Positions 1-13,058 of a stretch of DNA of 64,000 bases are shown here, one piece after another. Position numbers and translations under genes: made by a program. Source of the DNA: Syncephalis fuscata S228 (Eukaryota > Fungi > Zoopagomycota); the NCBI GenBank assembly GCA_025786725.1, contig JAHLTZ010000018.1:372001-436000 (forward strand), read 5' to 3'. Position 1 is the first letter of the stretch. Every line of letters begins with the position of its first letter. Under the pieces are notes generated by a model. The model searched no databases, was not told where the DNA came from, and saw nothing but the letters and a program-made list of their open reading frames with translations.

Positions 1-54
1 ACAATAATATAATAATTACATTAATATTAATCATTGCTTTTATTGTTGTATTAG

Positions 55-272
55 ATGGTGAACGTCGTGAAGGTGCCTACCGTGCACCACGCGGTGACCG
101 CGATGACTACCGTCGCCGCGATGACGGTGGAAAGAAAGAGGGTGCCGCCGGTGATTTCCGCCCAGAATTCGTAAGTTACATACATACATTTACGCATATA
201 GGACAAATAATAATAACAATTGTAATAATTAAATAGCGTGGTGGATTTGGCCGTGGTCGTCGTCCAGAGTAA
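55..272 (+). CDS. RPS10: 40S ribosomal protein S10 (eS10), last two exons only
   Basis: Exons 55-170 and 237-272 translate to DGERREGAYRAPRGDRDDYRRRDDGGKKEGAAGDFRPEF-RGGFGRGRRPE*, the typical eS10 C-terminus; GTAAG..TAG intron between them. Confidence 0.9.
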
Positions 273-475
273 GGCGCTACGTGCGATCCTTGCAGGGATA
301 TATACGCGCATGCACGCATTTATCTCTCTTTCTCATATAACTATTTGAATAAAACGCTGTTCTCGTTTTATTAAAACTAATTATGATCCATTCATTTAAC
401 TTGATTTATTTATTTATTTATAATGTCAATTCAAATATAATTGCTAACTGATTCAAAATAGCCTGCTTATTATTA

Positions 476-3400
476 TTATTTCTTGGTAGATCGACCTCGT
501 TTACTTCCCTTTGCGCCACCACTTGCTTTTGATTTAAAAGTTGGCACTTTTTTGATCAAGTTGTCATCGGCCATTGTTTCTTCGTCTGAATCGATGGCAG
601 CCGGTACTTCGTCGTCAACATCAAATGCCTCTTCCAAGTCAGGCTGTCCTCCTTGATCACCACCACCACCACTGACCGTATCACGTTTGGCTAGATTCTT
701 AGTAATGGCCACCGTTGGATGTGTACTTTTATTGTATCTAATATATACACACAGTTCATTGATATCATTGCTATTAACACTAACACTAACCAGTATAAAA
801 TAACTTACAATCGAGTAAAGGCTGATTTAACATTACTAGGAATTTGCTTTAGTAGCTGTTCTCCATTATTACGTCCAATACATAAATTAATAATTGTATC
901 CCAATCTTCACGGGCTAAATAGTAGTCATCGAGTAGATCAATGACCGACTGTGCACCATCCTATAATAATATTGATTAGTGAAATATTCTAATTTAAAAA
1001 TAAATATAACTTACAGTACCCGCAGTCAATAAAGGATTAGTAAGAGCCTGTGATAGTAGAGGAATATAGGAGGCACGTATTTCATCTTTACCACACGCTA
1101 CACGCAATCGCATACGTGCTTGTACCTCGGCCAATTGACGATCTGCCTTGCCAGCCTTTGAATATTGTCCCAACCAACTATATTTATCATTGTTATACGT
1201 TGTAGTGTAATTGGTTAGTAAATAGTAGAATAATTACCTTGGAAATTGGTACAAGCCTTGCATGCCACCGTGCATAAAATAAGCTGGACGTACACATGAA
1301 AATAGAGCATGAGTAGGCATAAGTTCCCATTGTTGCTGTGTCCTATTTATTCATTCATTCATTCATATAATGTATGTAAAAGTTATTATAAATAACGTCT
1401 ACTAATCAGCTTTAAATTACCTATGAATGGCATGATCAACAAGATCACCCTGTGAAATAGATTCAGATGCTTTGGCAACTAGTTCAAGTGTACGCAAATC
1501 CATATCTTTAATCGAGCCACCTGCTGATCGAGCAAGCGATGGGGCCATACGAATATAGTTTTCCTATTAATGCTCATTATTAGTACACCTTTTTATTCAT
1601 ATCAGTATTACTACTACCACTCACTTGCATCATAAGTGGGACAATGCTATAGTCATGAAAGTATAAATCAAGTTTTTCAGCTAGATTTGTCGAATTATAC
1701 GCTTGATTTTGCAAGTATTTGCCAATAATATCAAATGGCCCCAATGCAATATGCTTCTCAGATCTTTCACCTCTATATACTACTTATTAGTAAATAGAAT
1801 AATGATATTATAATAAATAACTTGCAATAGTTTTGCCCCATCGTAATCAAGACTGTTATGGGCCAATTTCCATGCCGATAACTAGTTAATCAATTAGCTA
1901 ATTAGTAGACATTATATAATGTACTATAGAGTTACTTACAATATTTAGTATCTGACGGATATCCGAATGAGTAGATGCCACTAAATGATCAATAGCATTA
2001 GGTTGCAGTTTTAGACCTTCTCTATTAAATAGCACTATATTAATACAGTCATTGTTGTAATAAATACCAATAATTACTTGAAAGCAATCGACATGATACG
2101 CGAACGAATAGAAGCAGCCTCCGGTCTAATATAGTTATGGTTAATGTTATTACTATGTTACTATATTATTTACCGTCTAAATCGTAAATCCAAACAATAG
2201 TTGGCCAATGATCGTACTTTGGTAGACTGTCGATCATTGCAAATACATATAATAGGAATCTGGTAATACATTAGCCTATGTACTATTACATCATTATTGC
2301 TACTCACCTTTGATTTCTTGATTAATTGAATTAATTGCGCAATACCACCACGATCACCGGCAGACATGCCATCCACTTCATCCATAATAACGACACGATG
2401 GTGTAGTTCCGACTAGCAACTAGTGTTAGTATGGATTAATAATTAAGACCAATTAACTTACACTACTACTTGTTTCAATCATGGCTTTTGTGGATATAAT
2501 CTCTCCCAAATTTCCCTATTATATAATTGATACAATTAATACACTATAGTATAATCGTTATTGATTAACCAACTTCAATAGCTTTCTTGCTACGAGCATC
2601 GCTAGCATTAAATTCAATTACGTGGAATCCTTCATTAATGCTAACTAATCGAGCCGATGTTGTTTTGCCAATGCCTGGTGGACCGGAAATAAGAACTGCT
2701 CGATACTCTAAACGACGCCCTTTATTCCTAGTCGCTTTATATTAATATAACAACGCTTATAATATAGTCAGTAATTAATGAACATTTACCATTGACGCAA
2801 CCATTCTCCTAATCTTTCAATATTAGACTTGTTGCCACACAGTTCTCTAATAGTCTTGGGTGTGTAACGCTCAGTCCATAAATCAGTTTTTACGCTATAT
2901 TCATTAAATAGTAATACAGTCAATTTAATACTATCAATACACGATCATCTTATTAGTAACTTACATTTTAGGCACTCCATCACCACCACCACCACACTAC
3001 TACTACTACCATCAATATTATTATTATTATCGACAGTGTCATCATTTAATATAGAGACGGCACTAACAGCCTTTCCCATTTTTGTCATATCTTCATCAGG
3101 TTTGCCATCCGATTTACGTATAAGATCAAGAAATTCATCTTCATTCAATACTTGGATTTTAAATGCTTTAACTTTTTCCAGTTTCTTTTCACCAGCATCC
3201 TCGCCCACTACAACATAAGATGTCTTTGAACTTGGTGCCGTTGTAACACGTCTAATTAGAAACACTGTTGATTATTGTTTTCATATATATCGTTTGATAG
3301 TCTACTACTTACCCACTATATCGTTTCACCAAATCAGCTGCTTCCTCACGACTAATTGAAGTCAACTCTCCGGTAAAAACAAAGGTTAATCCCTATATTG

Positions 3401-4241
3401 TTAATTTATTATTAATCAGTTAACTCTAACTCTATCTTTATTTACCTTTAAACAATTGGGTGCACCAGTAGGAATTTCCTTTGAACCAGGTGCTGAAGGT
3501 CCAGTTCGCGCTTTCCGTTCCCAAAAACTATGATCAATTAATTGATGTATTAATATGTTAATCCACACTTGTATATCATTCATCTATTTACTTGAATTTC
3601 TTTTTTGCTGGCTGTTCTGTTTTAACTGTAATTGGTGGATCAGTGACTGATGTATCTGTTGTATCCATATTGACTGTATTATCTAGTAATTCCGTCTCTT
3701 TTTCCTCTTCTTTTACTTCTTTATGAGCACGCTTTCGGGAAGCGGTCTTTTTTATAGGTGCTGTTGTAGTTGCTGTATCCACATCCATTGCATCCGCTGG
3801 TTCACTATCCAGACCCATAGGTACGGCTCTAGTGGCCCGTCTACCGCCCCTTCTCGATTTTTGTGTTGGTGCTTCTTGAAAAGCATCATTGTTGTCGTCA
3901 TCGTCCTCTTTCATGTCTTCATCTTCGTGTTCTACATGTTTATCGGCGGCAGTATCAGCCGTGCTAGGCGTAAAATCGTCATCGGAATCTACTATCTTCT
4001 TTTTACGTCCACGCTAAATGCCATACATTTCAGTCAACTATCAATGTCAACTGGGATTGCTATAACTCAATTACTACCTTTACTTTTGACGTCGTCTCTT
4101 GACCTTCCTTTTCTTTTTCTTTCTTTGGCTCTATTTTAGTAGGCGCTTTTGCACCAAAATAACTCGAAATACTGCGTTGACCTACACTGCTTGTTGTAAT
4201 ACTAATACACAATAAATAATATGCATTAACCTACCAGACAT
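476..4241 (-). CDS. RFC1: Replication factor C large subunit (multi-exon)
   Basis: BRCT ([33 protein letters not shown]), Walker [39 protein letters not shown]. One probable GC-AG intron at 1773-1825. Confidence 0.95.
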
Positions 4242-4427
4242 AATTCGTAACTATAATAGAATAAAATGACCGTACACACGTCAAGAAAGAACAAAAGAAG
4301 AAAAGGAAGAAATTTGTATGGAAATACACGCGTATATTTATATCATTAATTAGAGTTGTTATTAGTTAATTAGTTAATTAATGAGTCTTTAATAAACATT
4401 CGATAAGTATCGTTTATTTAATATAAT

Positions 4428-5075
4428 CTAGTATATATATATATTATGTTGACGCTTTAACGAGGTAGTTCGCTTAACAATATCTTCATTGACAATATGA
4501 CGGCCACGGTTAAGGCTTAGTTCGTGATGAGAAACGAAAGTGGGCCAGTCCATACCTAGTCCCTCTACTGCATCTTTCATAGCGAGTCGCTCCCAGTAGA
4601 GTGCTATAGCCGGTGTATCAGTAGTGCCACGGGCAGTGGCATTTGCTTGCCAGCGTGAAAGAACATGGCAGAGTGAAGCAATCTTGTCACTAACTTGATC
4701 TCTTTCTTCAACTACGCGAAGACGCTTTGGCCGTAGTAGATAGGCAGCCGGATCTTCAGGAACCGATGGAGGAACGTCAAGTAGAGCGTTGCATAAACCA
4801 CGCGATACTTCGTCGTTCAAACCAACAGCTACGACCATAGGCTTCCAGTGATCTTTGCGTAGTCGCGGTGGTCGTTGAGCAGAACTTTTAATCTGCTCCA
4901 AGTGCTTGGGCTATATGGAATGGCATCAGCATAAATGTCCTACTTATATATATATATATATATATACGCACACCATACTTACCGAAAGTGTTCTTTGTGG
5001 ACTAACCAACACTTGAGAAGTGATGACATGTCGATAAAGATAAATACCGCCGCGTGCTGTCGTCGTTGCAGACAT
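4428..5075 (-). CDS. MHR1: Mhr1 / mitoribosomal protein mL67 family (2 exons)
   Basis: IYLYRHVITSQVLVS..RPPRLRKDHWKPM matches the Mhr1 N-terminal pattern; later DKIASL and IALYWE. Confidence 0.7.
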
Positions 5076-5236
5076 GATTCAGCTTGAAAGTAATAAGAAA
5101 AAAATAGAAATATAACACAAACAAATTAATAAAAATTAAAAGTTAATTAACAGTAATAGGAATAATAGCGTTAATTATTGTGAAAAGAAATCATATAATT
5201 TATTAATCCAATAATGCAAATCCATTGAAATGATAA

Positions 5237-6530
5237 TTACGCGGCTGTATTCGTTGATGTAGCTGGCGTGGTAACTGTAGTAGTTACTGTGGTAGGAATC
5301 CTTTCCTTATCGTACATAGTACGCATTTGTTCAAGAATAATAAATGTAATAATAGTATGTGGACCAAGTCTAGTAAAGGCCGCCACCCAACCTTTAAATA
5401 ATGACGAAATACCTTCATGGCGTAGCATATGAACCATTGTACGTAGTGTGCCCTATAAACAACATAATTGGTTAAATCTACTCACGAATATAAATCTAGC
5501 CTCTATTTACCTTGAATTCTGATCCAGGTGGAGAATTCATGACACGCGTTTTTACCACATCCACTGGGGAACACACCGTAGTAGCCACCAATCCCTACCA
5601 ACAATTACATTAATAAGCACGCATTAATAGCTAACACTGGTAGTGGTCTACTTACGGATAGAAGACTGGCCCCAAAGTGAGTCCATACAGATTCACCGAA
5701 ATATGGTGAAGCTAGCAATTGGGCTTTGAAAAAGTCATAGCTTGTTAGCTGAGCACATGTCATAATGGCTGCTCGTTGCACATTAGGACCGACACCGCGC
5801 ATTAAAGCACGCGGGCCTTCTTCTAGTGTAACACGTCGTAGTCCATCAAGAGCATGACGGTAGTTGCGCTGTTTGTCCAACGGTAGCTGTCCATCATTTT
5901 GCATACGCACATTAACAACATCAGCTGGATTGCCAAATACACCACCGACACAGCCAGCCACTACAGCTGCCCCCATCATTTTGTAAACCGGAATAGATCC
6001 TATACAAATTATAGATGGATTTATTAGTAGTTGTATTGACTTCTTTCTATATATGTATATATTTACCATTGCTTTCTGGAGGAATTCTTTCTTTAATAGC
6101 ATCATAGACACCAAAGCGTACTGTAGAATAAGTCTAATAATCCGTGTTATTTCGATTAGTTTATTATTACTATTTAATAGCTAAATAGATATAGTTACTC
6201 ACAGCTTGTCGTAGTAGACTCGCACTTAATCCGTTGAATAGAGCAAGTGGGCCCTCCACGCGAAGAATAGTGGCAATGGCACGTACTGTGCCCATGTTCT
6301 GCTTTCCTTTGGTCGTTTGAAGACGTACTTTGACCAAATCAAGCGGGTGTGTACAACAAGCTGCCAACGACGCACTTAATCCTATAAATACATAGCGATA
6401 GTAACCATATTAGCAAACGTAATTTTATAGCTACTATGTATCCATTCTTCTACTTCTCCTTCTTCTCCTTACCGCCAAACCAGAATGGATATGTTTTTGG
6501 CTTAGAAGCCTTAGTTGGAGTCGATACCAT
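5237..6530 (-). CDS. DIC1: Mitochondrial dicarboxylate carrier (SLC25A10-like)
   Basis: YPFWFGG..AACCTHPLDLVKVRLQT, GNPADVVNVRMQND, LFKGWVAAFTRLGPHT; three carrier repeats. Confidence 0.9.
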
Positions 6531-6977
6531 GTTGTTATTTGAACTATTCACGTATAAGAAGATGAATACTACTAAATAAACAAAAGTACAATAAAGTAGA
6601 AACACGTACTTTTAATGAACAAAAATAAAAAAACCACGTCCTTGTTTATAGGTTCAGTATAATAAGAATAGCAATAATAATAATGTTTGTAGTAGTAGTA
6701 GTAAAAGTAAAAAATAAGTGTAGTAATTGCTACTTTTTATATATTTGCTCAGCAAGAAAAGAAAAGAACCCGAGTCCGACAAATAGAGTAGCTGCAACCA
6801 ACCAACTAGCTGTTTAACAGAGTAATAGCAAGTCGGTGTTGTTAATAATAGCTTGAACAGTCAACGTGGGTGGGCAAAAGTTATTTTCCGCTTCTTTCTT
6901 ATCTTTTGTTGTTCAAAAACGCGTTGTGAATCTATTTGTTCAAAGGGCGTGTGTTCATCCACGGCTACTTTTGAAGA

Positions 6978-7828
6978 ATGACGTCAATGGTTAGAACAGC
7001 TGTAGGCCAACGAGTCCACAGCTTTACTGGTCGTTGTTTGGTCAAGGTAAAGACACATGTGAATAGGCACGCTGGTTATAATAATGGTAATAATGATAGT
7101 CGATATGATAGTTACATTGCAGCTATGGCCAACGAACATTAAGCACTTCTTCAGTAATGGGCAAGTCTAATAGTAAGTAATAGCAACATCAAATATATTA
7201 AATATATTAAATATATTAAATATAATTTACTCTACCAACTAGATCCATCATCGACTGCTGATATGATTGGATCGCCTGATCTAGTATCTGGAATTCGACC
7301 TGTCAAATACCATATACCAGCTAATGAAACAGATACTGTAAGTTACAAGTATCAATACTTATTGTAATCTACAATTATTAATAATATATTGATATTTATT
7401 AAATATCCTGATTATGTAGGAGCGACAGTGGCGTGAACAACGGGAACGTGTTGATCAAGGACATCATAACTTTTGGTATAATAATAATAAGCAATTTAAA
7501 GCTAAACAACAACAATTTATTCAACAATGTAAATAACACACTAGTAATTATAACTATAGAATATAGCTTATGCATAATTGTTTAATTGATTAATCAACTA
7601 GTTACAAAAGATAACGGCGTTGCACCTACTGACGAGGAAATGACCACATTTTATCGCCAATTTCTACTTGATAATAAGGCACAACATCGACAATATCAAC
7701 AATGGTGGCTACGTGAGAATGTTGCTTTACTAGTATCTGAATTACGGCAATATCTACAGCGTAGCGGTATTATGGCAAAACCGCCACCAACTACCACAAC
7801 AAATACTCATAGACCATCAAATAAATAG
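6978..7828 (+). CDS. COA8: COA8/APOPT1 family cytochrome c oxidase assembly factor (5' end uncertain)
   Basis: DMIGSPDLVSGIRPVKY..E.QWR..HHNFWYNNNKQF..EMTTFYRQFLLDNK..YQQWWLRENV. The N-terminal frame does not join cleanly. Confidence 0.75.
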
Positions 7829-8175
7829 TTCTTTTTTTCACACGTTTATTTATTCATAACCTATTAGATTGACGCAGTGGGGGTAACTATTACCAGTTTC
7901 CATAAATACATACTAGTCAATTGAGGTTGGCCTGTAGTAAAGCGGCATGTAAAATTGCCGATGTTGCAGTCATCGTGTTCTATCAACGCTCCGACTACCC
8001 CACATGCACAAAGAGAGAGAAAGGAATTAAGGCCAATCGACTCGGGAAATAATAAATATTAAGCAACATTTGCTCCTATCACGCCTATTGGTATTATTAT
8101 TATTAGTATTATTCCTATTGTTTATACTTGCTTAACAACAACAACAACAACAGTAACAGTAACAACACCGCCACC

Positions 8176-10974
8176 ATGTCAAATAAAGCGCGCTCTACGA
8201 AAGATGTGGCAGCTGAACGTCTAGTGCGTTTACAAGGTCATCTCACTAATGGCGAATACCATGAGGCTACGGGTCCGCGTGATTTAGCGGCCGAAAGAGC
8301 CCGTGGTTCTTTTGATGTCGTGGATATGGAAAGCTTCTTTAATGGAGGTGAAGAGGCAGCCGAGTACCGCGTAAGCTATCACCATTATAATAGGTAACGC
8401 TTTCATCTAACCATATCAATACATTGATTAGCGTCAAGCTTATCAAATTATTCGTCGTGATCCCGAGCTACTTTTACCGGATGAACTACGTTATAACAGT
8501 GATCAGAACCAGTTAAAGGAGAAGTAAGTAATATAAACAGATGTTAAATAGATTAATTAAATACCATAATGTTATTGCTATAGAACCATGCAACAGATAC
8601 GCCGTTATGTTGAAGTATCTCGTAATGTCAAGAATCCGAAATTACGTCAAGCACTCTATGATGCCATGTCGTAAGTAATTAAGATAAAATAGACATAATT
8701 AGTCTAATATGAATACATGTATTTTGTTTAATTCTATTTTAGTATTTACTCGGAAATGTTTGGCATGCGTATTTATGTACATGAAATGCTTTTTAACCAG
8801 TCTTTGATAATTTCGGGTAGCAATGAGCAACACGAAGAATGGAAGGATCTTATTGAGACTTGGGGAGTTATTGGATGTTATGCCATGGTAAGTAATAAGT
8901 TAATAGATACATTAATTAGTTAAAAATAATAACAATAATTAAATGATAATAGACGGAACTGGGTCATAGGTAACATCGATAACAACAATTAATTAATACT
9001 AATAGAATACTAATGCACATTTAATTGATAGTTCATTTTTACGTGGACTAGAAACAACTGCCACATTTGACAAAGTCACTGATGAATTTGTTATTCACTC
9101 CCCCACACTAACTGCTACAAAATGGTAAATGAATACAAATATTTAATTAATTAATTGCATTTATGTTTATATTTGTATTTTTATAATAGGTGGATTGGCA
9201 TGGCTGGTGAAACTGCAACACATACAGGTAATAATAATAACACTAGTTAACTAATTAATAATAGCAATTAATTAACTAGCTTTCATTTATTATTAGTGGC
9301 TATTGCTCAGCTAATTATTGATGGCAAATCGTATGGCGTCCAATGGTTTATTGTACAGTTACGTGATCGATCCACTGGTCGTTTAATGCCCGGTGTTATT
9401 GCTGGTAATATTGGTTCTAAAGCCGGTAGAGGTGGTCTTGATAATGGATGGATTCAATTCAACCATGTGCGTATTCCTCGTAAGCATATGCTACGACGAT
9501 GGGCGGATGTATCGCGCGAGGGCATCTTTACTCCCTCACCTAATCCATCTCTGGCCTATGCCGCGCTTATTCCCGAAAGATTGGCCGTCATTCCCGGGAC
9601 CGTGGCGAATTGTGGTCAAGCATTAACCATTGCCACACGTTACAGCTGTGTACGTCGACAGGGTAATAACGATGAACTTATTATGGACTATCAAACGCAG
9701 CAAGTGCGTCTAATGCCCGGTATCGCTTCCCTCTACGTATTCAATATTCTATCAACGTAAGTAATTAGTTTATTTATCCATATATATATATGTGTGTGTG
9801 TACTTGTATTGATATATATATATATCTTTTTTATTCTAGTCGTTTAAATGCCCATTGGAGCAGTATGACGGCATTGATTAATACACAGCCTGAAGTGTTC
9901 CTCGGACAACTTGCCGATATTCATGCCTCTTCCGCTGGATTCAAAGCCATGGTCGGTTGGTGGGGCAGTGAGATACTCGAGAGATGTCGACGAGCCTGTG
10001 GTGGCCATGCCTTTTCTGCTTATAATGCCATTCCAGGCATTATTGGTGACTGGGGTGTAATGACCACAGGTGGCGGCGATAACATTGTACTTGCTCAACA
10101 AACAGCAGTAAGTAGCCATGTTATATTAAATTAGTACATTATTAATAACATTTGCTATATTAGCGTTATCTTGTATCTTGTATCAAGAAAATATCGATGG
10201 GAAAACGCGTTGAAGGAACTGTTGCGTATTTCAACGATATACCACGTTTACTACAATCCAAATCGTGTTCACTAGCATCAAAGGATCTTATCTCAATTGA
10301 AGGCCTACTTGATATACTGACTTGGCTATCTGCTCAACAGGTAAGCAATGAATAAATTGGCTATTTATTTATTAACGCTAGTTAATTTAGATGATCACTT
10401 TGGGTCAAGCTCTTGCCTCGGCGGCCGGTGGCAATACTGAGGCTGCTTGGCAACAGCATCAAACGGAACTTGTTGACGCATCGCTTGTATATTCACGTCG
10501 TACAGCTCTTCACGTATTCGTTGACTATCTACAAGAGATGGAAAAGATCTCATCACACTATATACATCTAGTGCCTGTATTGCGTCGTTGTGGTTTACTG
10601 TATGCATTACAGTGTGTACAAGAACAGTTGGCACCTTTATTGGAACTCGGCTATTTATCGGCTGAACAAAGCGCTACTATTCGCCGTGCTTTCCTCGATG
10701 CTTGTGCTGACTTGCGTAAAGATGCTGTTCCACTTGTTGACTCATGGGGCTTCCCTGACTTTATTATAAAGGCACCCATTGGTCGCTACGACGGCAATAT
10801 CTATCCCGGTAAGTAATGCATTCTATACACTAATTTACCGGATACTCATTTTGCTATGTTATAGCTTATTTGGATAGATTACGTCATTCAGATGATTGCT
10901 TTGGTGTGCCCAAATACTGGGAACAATACATTAAGCCGCTTACTTTCCCCAAGAAGGACGATAATCAGCTGTAG
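8176..10974 (+). CDS. POX1: Peroxisomal acyl-CoA oxidase (multi-exon)
   Basis: [64 protein letters not shown]; N-terminal PTS2-like RLVRLQGHL. Confidence 0.93.
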
Positions 10975-11096
10975 ATGCCAACAAGAGTAGTAGTGCATAC
11001 ACACGCGCACACAATTCATGCTAATAAACATTAACATTTGATAAAATACGAACTTTACTGTGATTTTATCTGTGCATTCGATAAAATGTAGACGTG

Positions 11097-13018
11097 TTAC
11101 AATTTGTCCAGAAAAAACGACGCGCCATGTTGTTTGGGTTTTACAAGTATATCGACGACATTCTTGACATGAGCAATAGGCGTTGAACATGACGTTGACG
11201 ATAAATAGCGCAATCGTAATGTTGGCACAGGTATAGTCCAGTCTTCATTGGTACGAGTGTGACATTGAACTCGCGTGTCTGTCCCGGCTAATTTAATTGT
11301 ATTAGCTATACTGTCTCCATATACCTATATGCCTCTTACCTCCATAGTAAAACGAGCCTTTTTTTGGCCAGCAATAATCCATTGTTCACGGCCACCATCT
11401 AAATCAAAACCAAGTTCTGATGAAATTGGTGCATCCGCTGATTCAGCATCCACTTGATATAACTGTGATTGATTAATGACAACACGACAAGGACATGACT
11501 CTTCAATGACCAGTTCGCGGCAATCTGGTATTAATTCTGCCGTGGTAATTAACTAAATTTAAACAATAATAAATAGTTAATATACTATTCGCTTTATCAT
11601 CTTTAACTACTTACCTGTCGTGTTGGAAGTGTAATGGTACAGAATAACAATCGCTCCATTCCTTCTGCAGCATCTAAAATTGCTCGATCAATTGGAATTT
11701 GTTGATGTGTCTAAATAAAATATTAATATTATATATAATCAATAACATTACTACTTACCTGGAAGAATTCAGTTAAAGTATGATTTAAACGACGTTGTAA
11801 TGCTTCACTTTCATGAACAAATAATGAAGCATAGCTTGAAGCATTTAAATGCTCTGTACTAATAGCATCAATTAGACCGATAGCATTGAGATCAACAACA
11901 GAATTCTCTAATAAGCTTTTTGTATGTTCAATAACCAGCCATTTATATTGAGACAGTCCAGTTTCCTCAAGTGTCCGTTCAAGTAGTGCATTAACATGAA
12001 TGGCCGCCTCTATTAATATTTACAAATAAATAAAAGAACATTGTATACTGTTAATAAACTATACCATCACTAAGTAACCGAAAGCGTACTTGTAACGACA
12101 TTGTTGCCTCTTCTTCTATATTCGTTTGTTAGTAGTTAAATTATACAATCTTAACCAATTTAATTACTTGAATAATCTTGTTCCAATCGATAAGTCAATG
12201 CTGTCCTCGATTGAGCAAATAATACCTAGAATAATAACATTATAGATATATAGATATATAGATATATAGATATAAAAGACCTACCGATTCACATGCCGAT
12301 ATAGGTGGCTCATCAAGTAGACGGATATTCTCAGATAGAGTCGATTCACAGGAAAGTAATCTTACAGGCACGATCCCATCACATATAATATCTACTTTAA
12401 CCAATGTACTAACCATTCATTAAACATTCACATATTTATAGATTAGCATAATAGCAGGTTATCTATTTATTAGTACTTACTGCTTCTCTAGAGGATAAAT
12501 CATAGGCCGCATAGCAATAGGCATTGAAAAGTCAAGTGATTCCAATACACTAAATGAAAATATTTGATCTTGTTGCGTTGTATAAGCCACAACTAATTTA
12601 ACCTATATCAACCTATTAGTATACTATACCCATTATCAATATATATATATATATATATAATGTATACCTTCACTCGATGGGTAAGCCGTGTATGTTGGAA
12701 TGGTACATACCACTCGTATGTTTCATTTGTACCACATACTGGCAATGGACAGACCATTTCCAAACTATTATTTAATTCAGGTGTCATTTCAACATGTTCC
12801 TCTAAAGAAATATTAATATTTGTTAATAATTAAATAGTTAGTTATAGACTAACCTGATCCTGTTTCATCAATGATCTTTTTAATATCAATAGAATCTACT
12901 TCAGGAAAGTTGGCCCCTTCTGTAGTAATTAACAACGACACTTGACCCTTAACAATGGCATGTTTTCTTGTATGCATCTGTACACGAAATCGTGGTGTAG
13001 CTTCAGCATTTTCTATTA

Positions 13019-13058
<40 letters not shown>

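Noticed and set aside
51-311. 86-aa minus-strand ORF
   Set aside because: Antisense shadow of the RPS10 exons.
3036-4139. Plus-strand ORFs, including a Cys-rich 138-aa ORF
   Set aside because: Antisense to RFC1 coding exons; the Cys run mirrors Thr/Ala codons.
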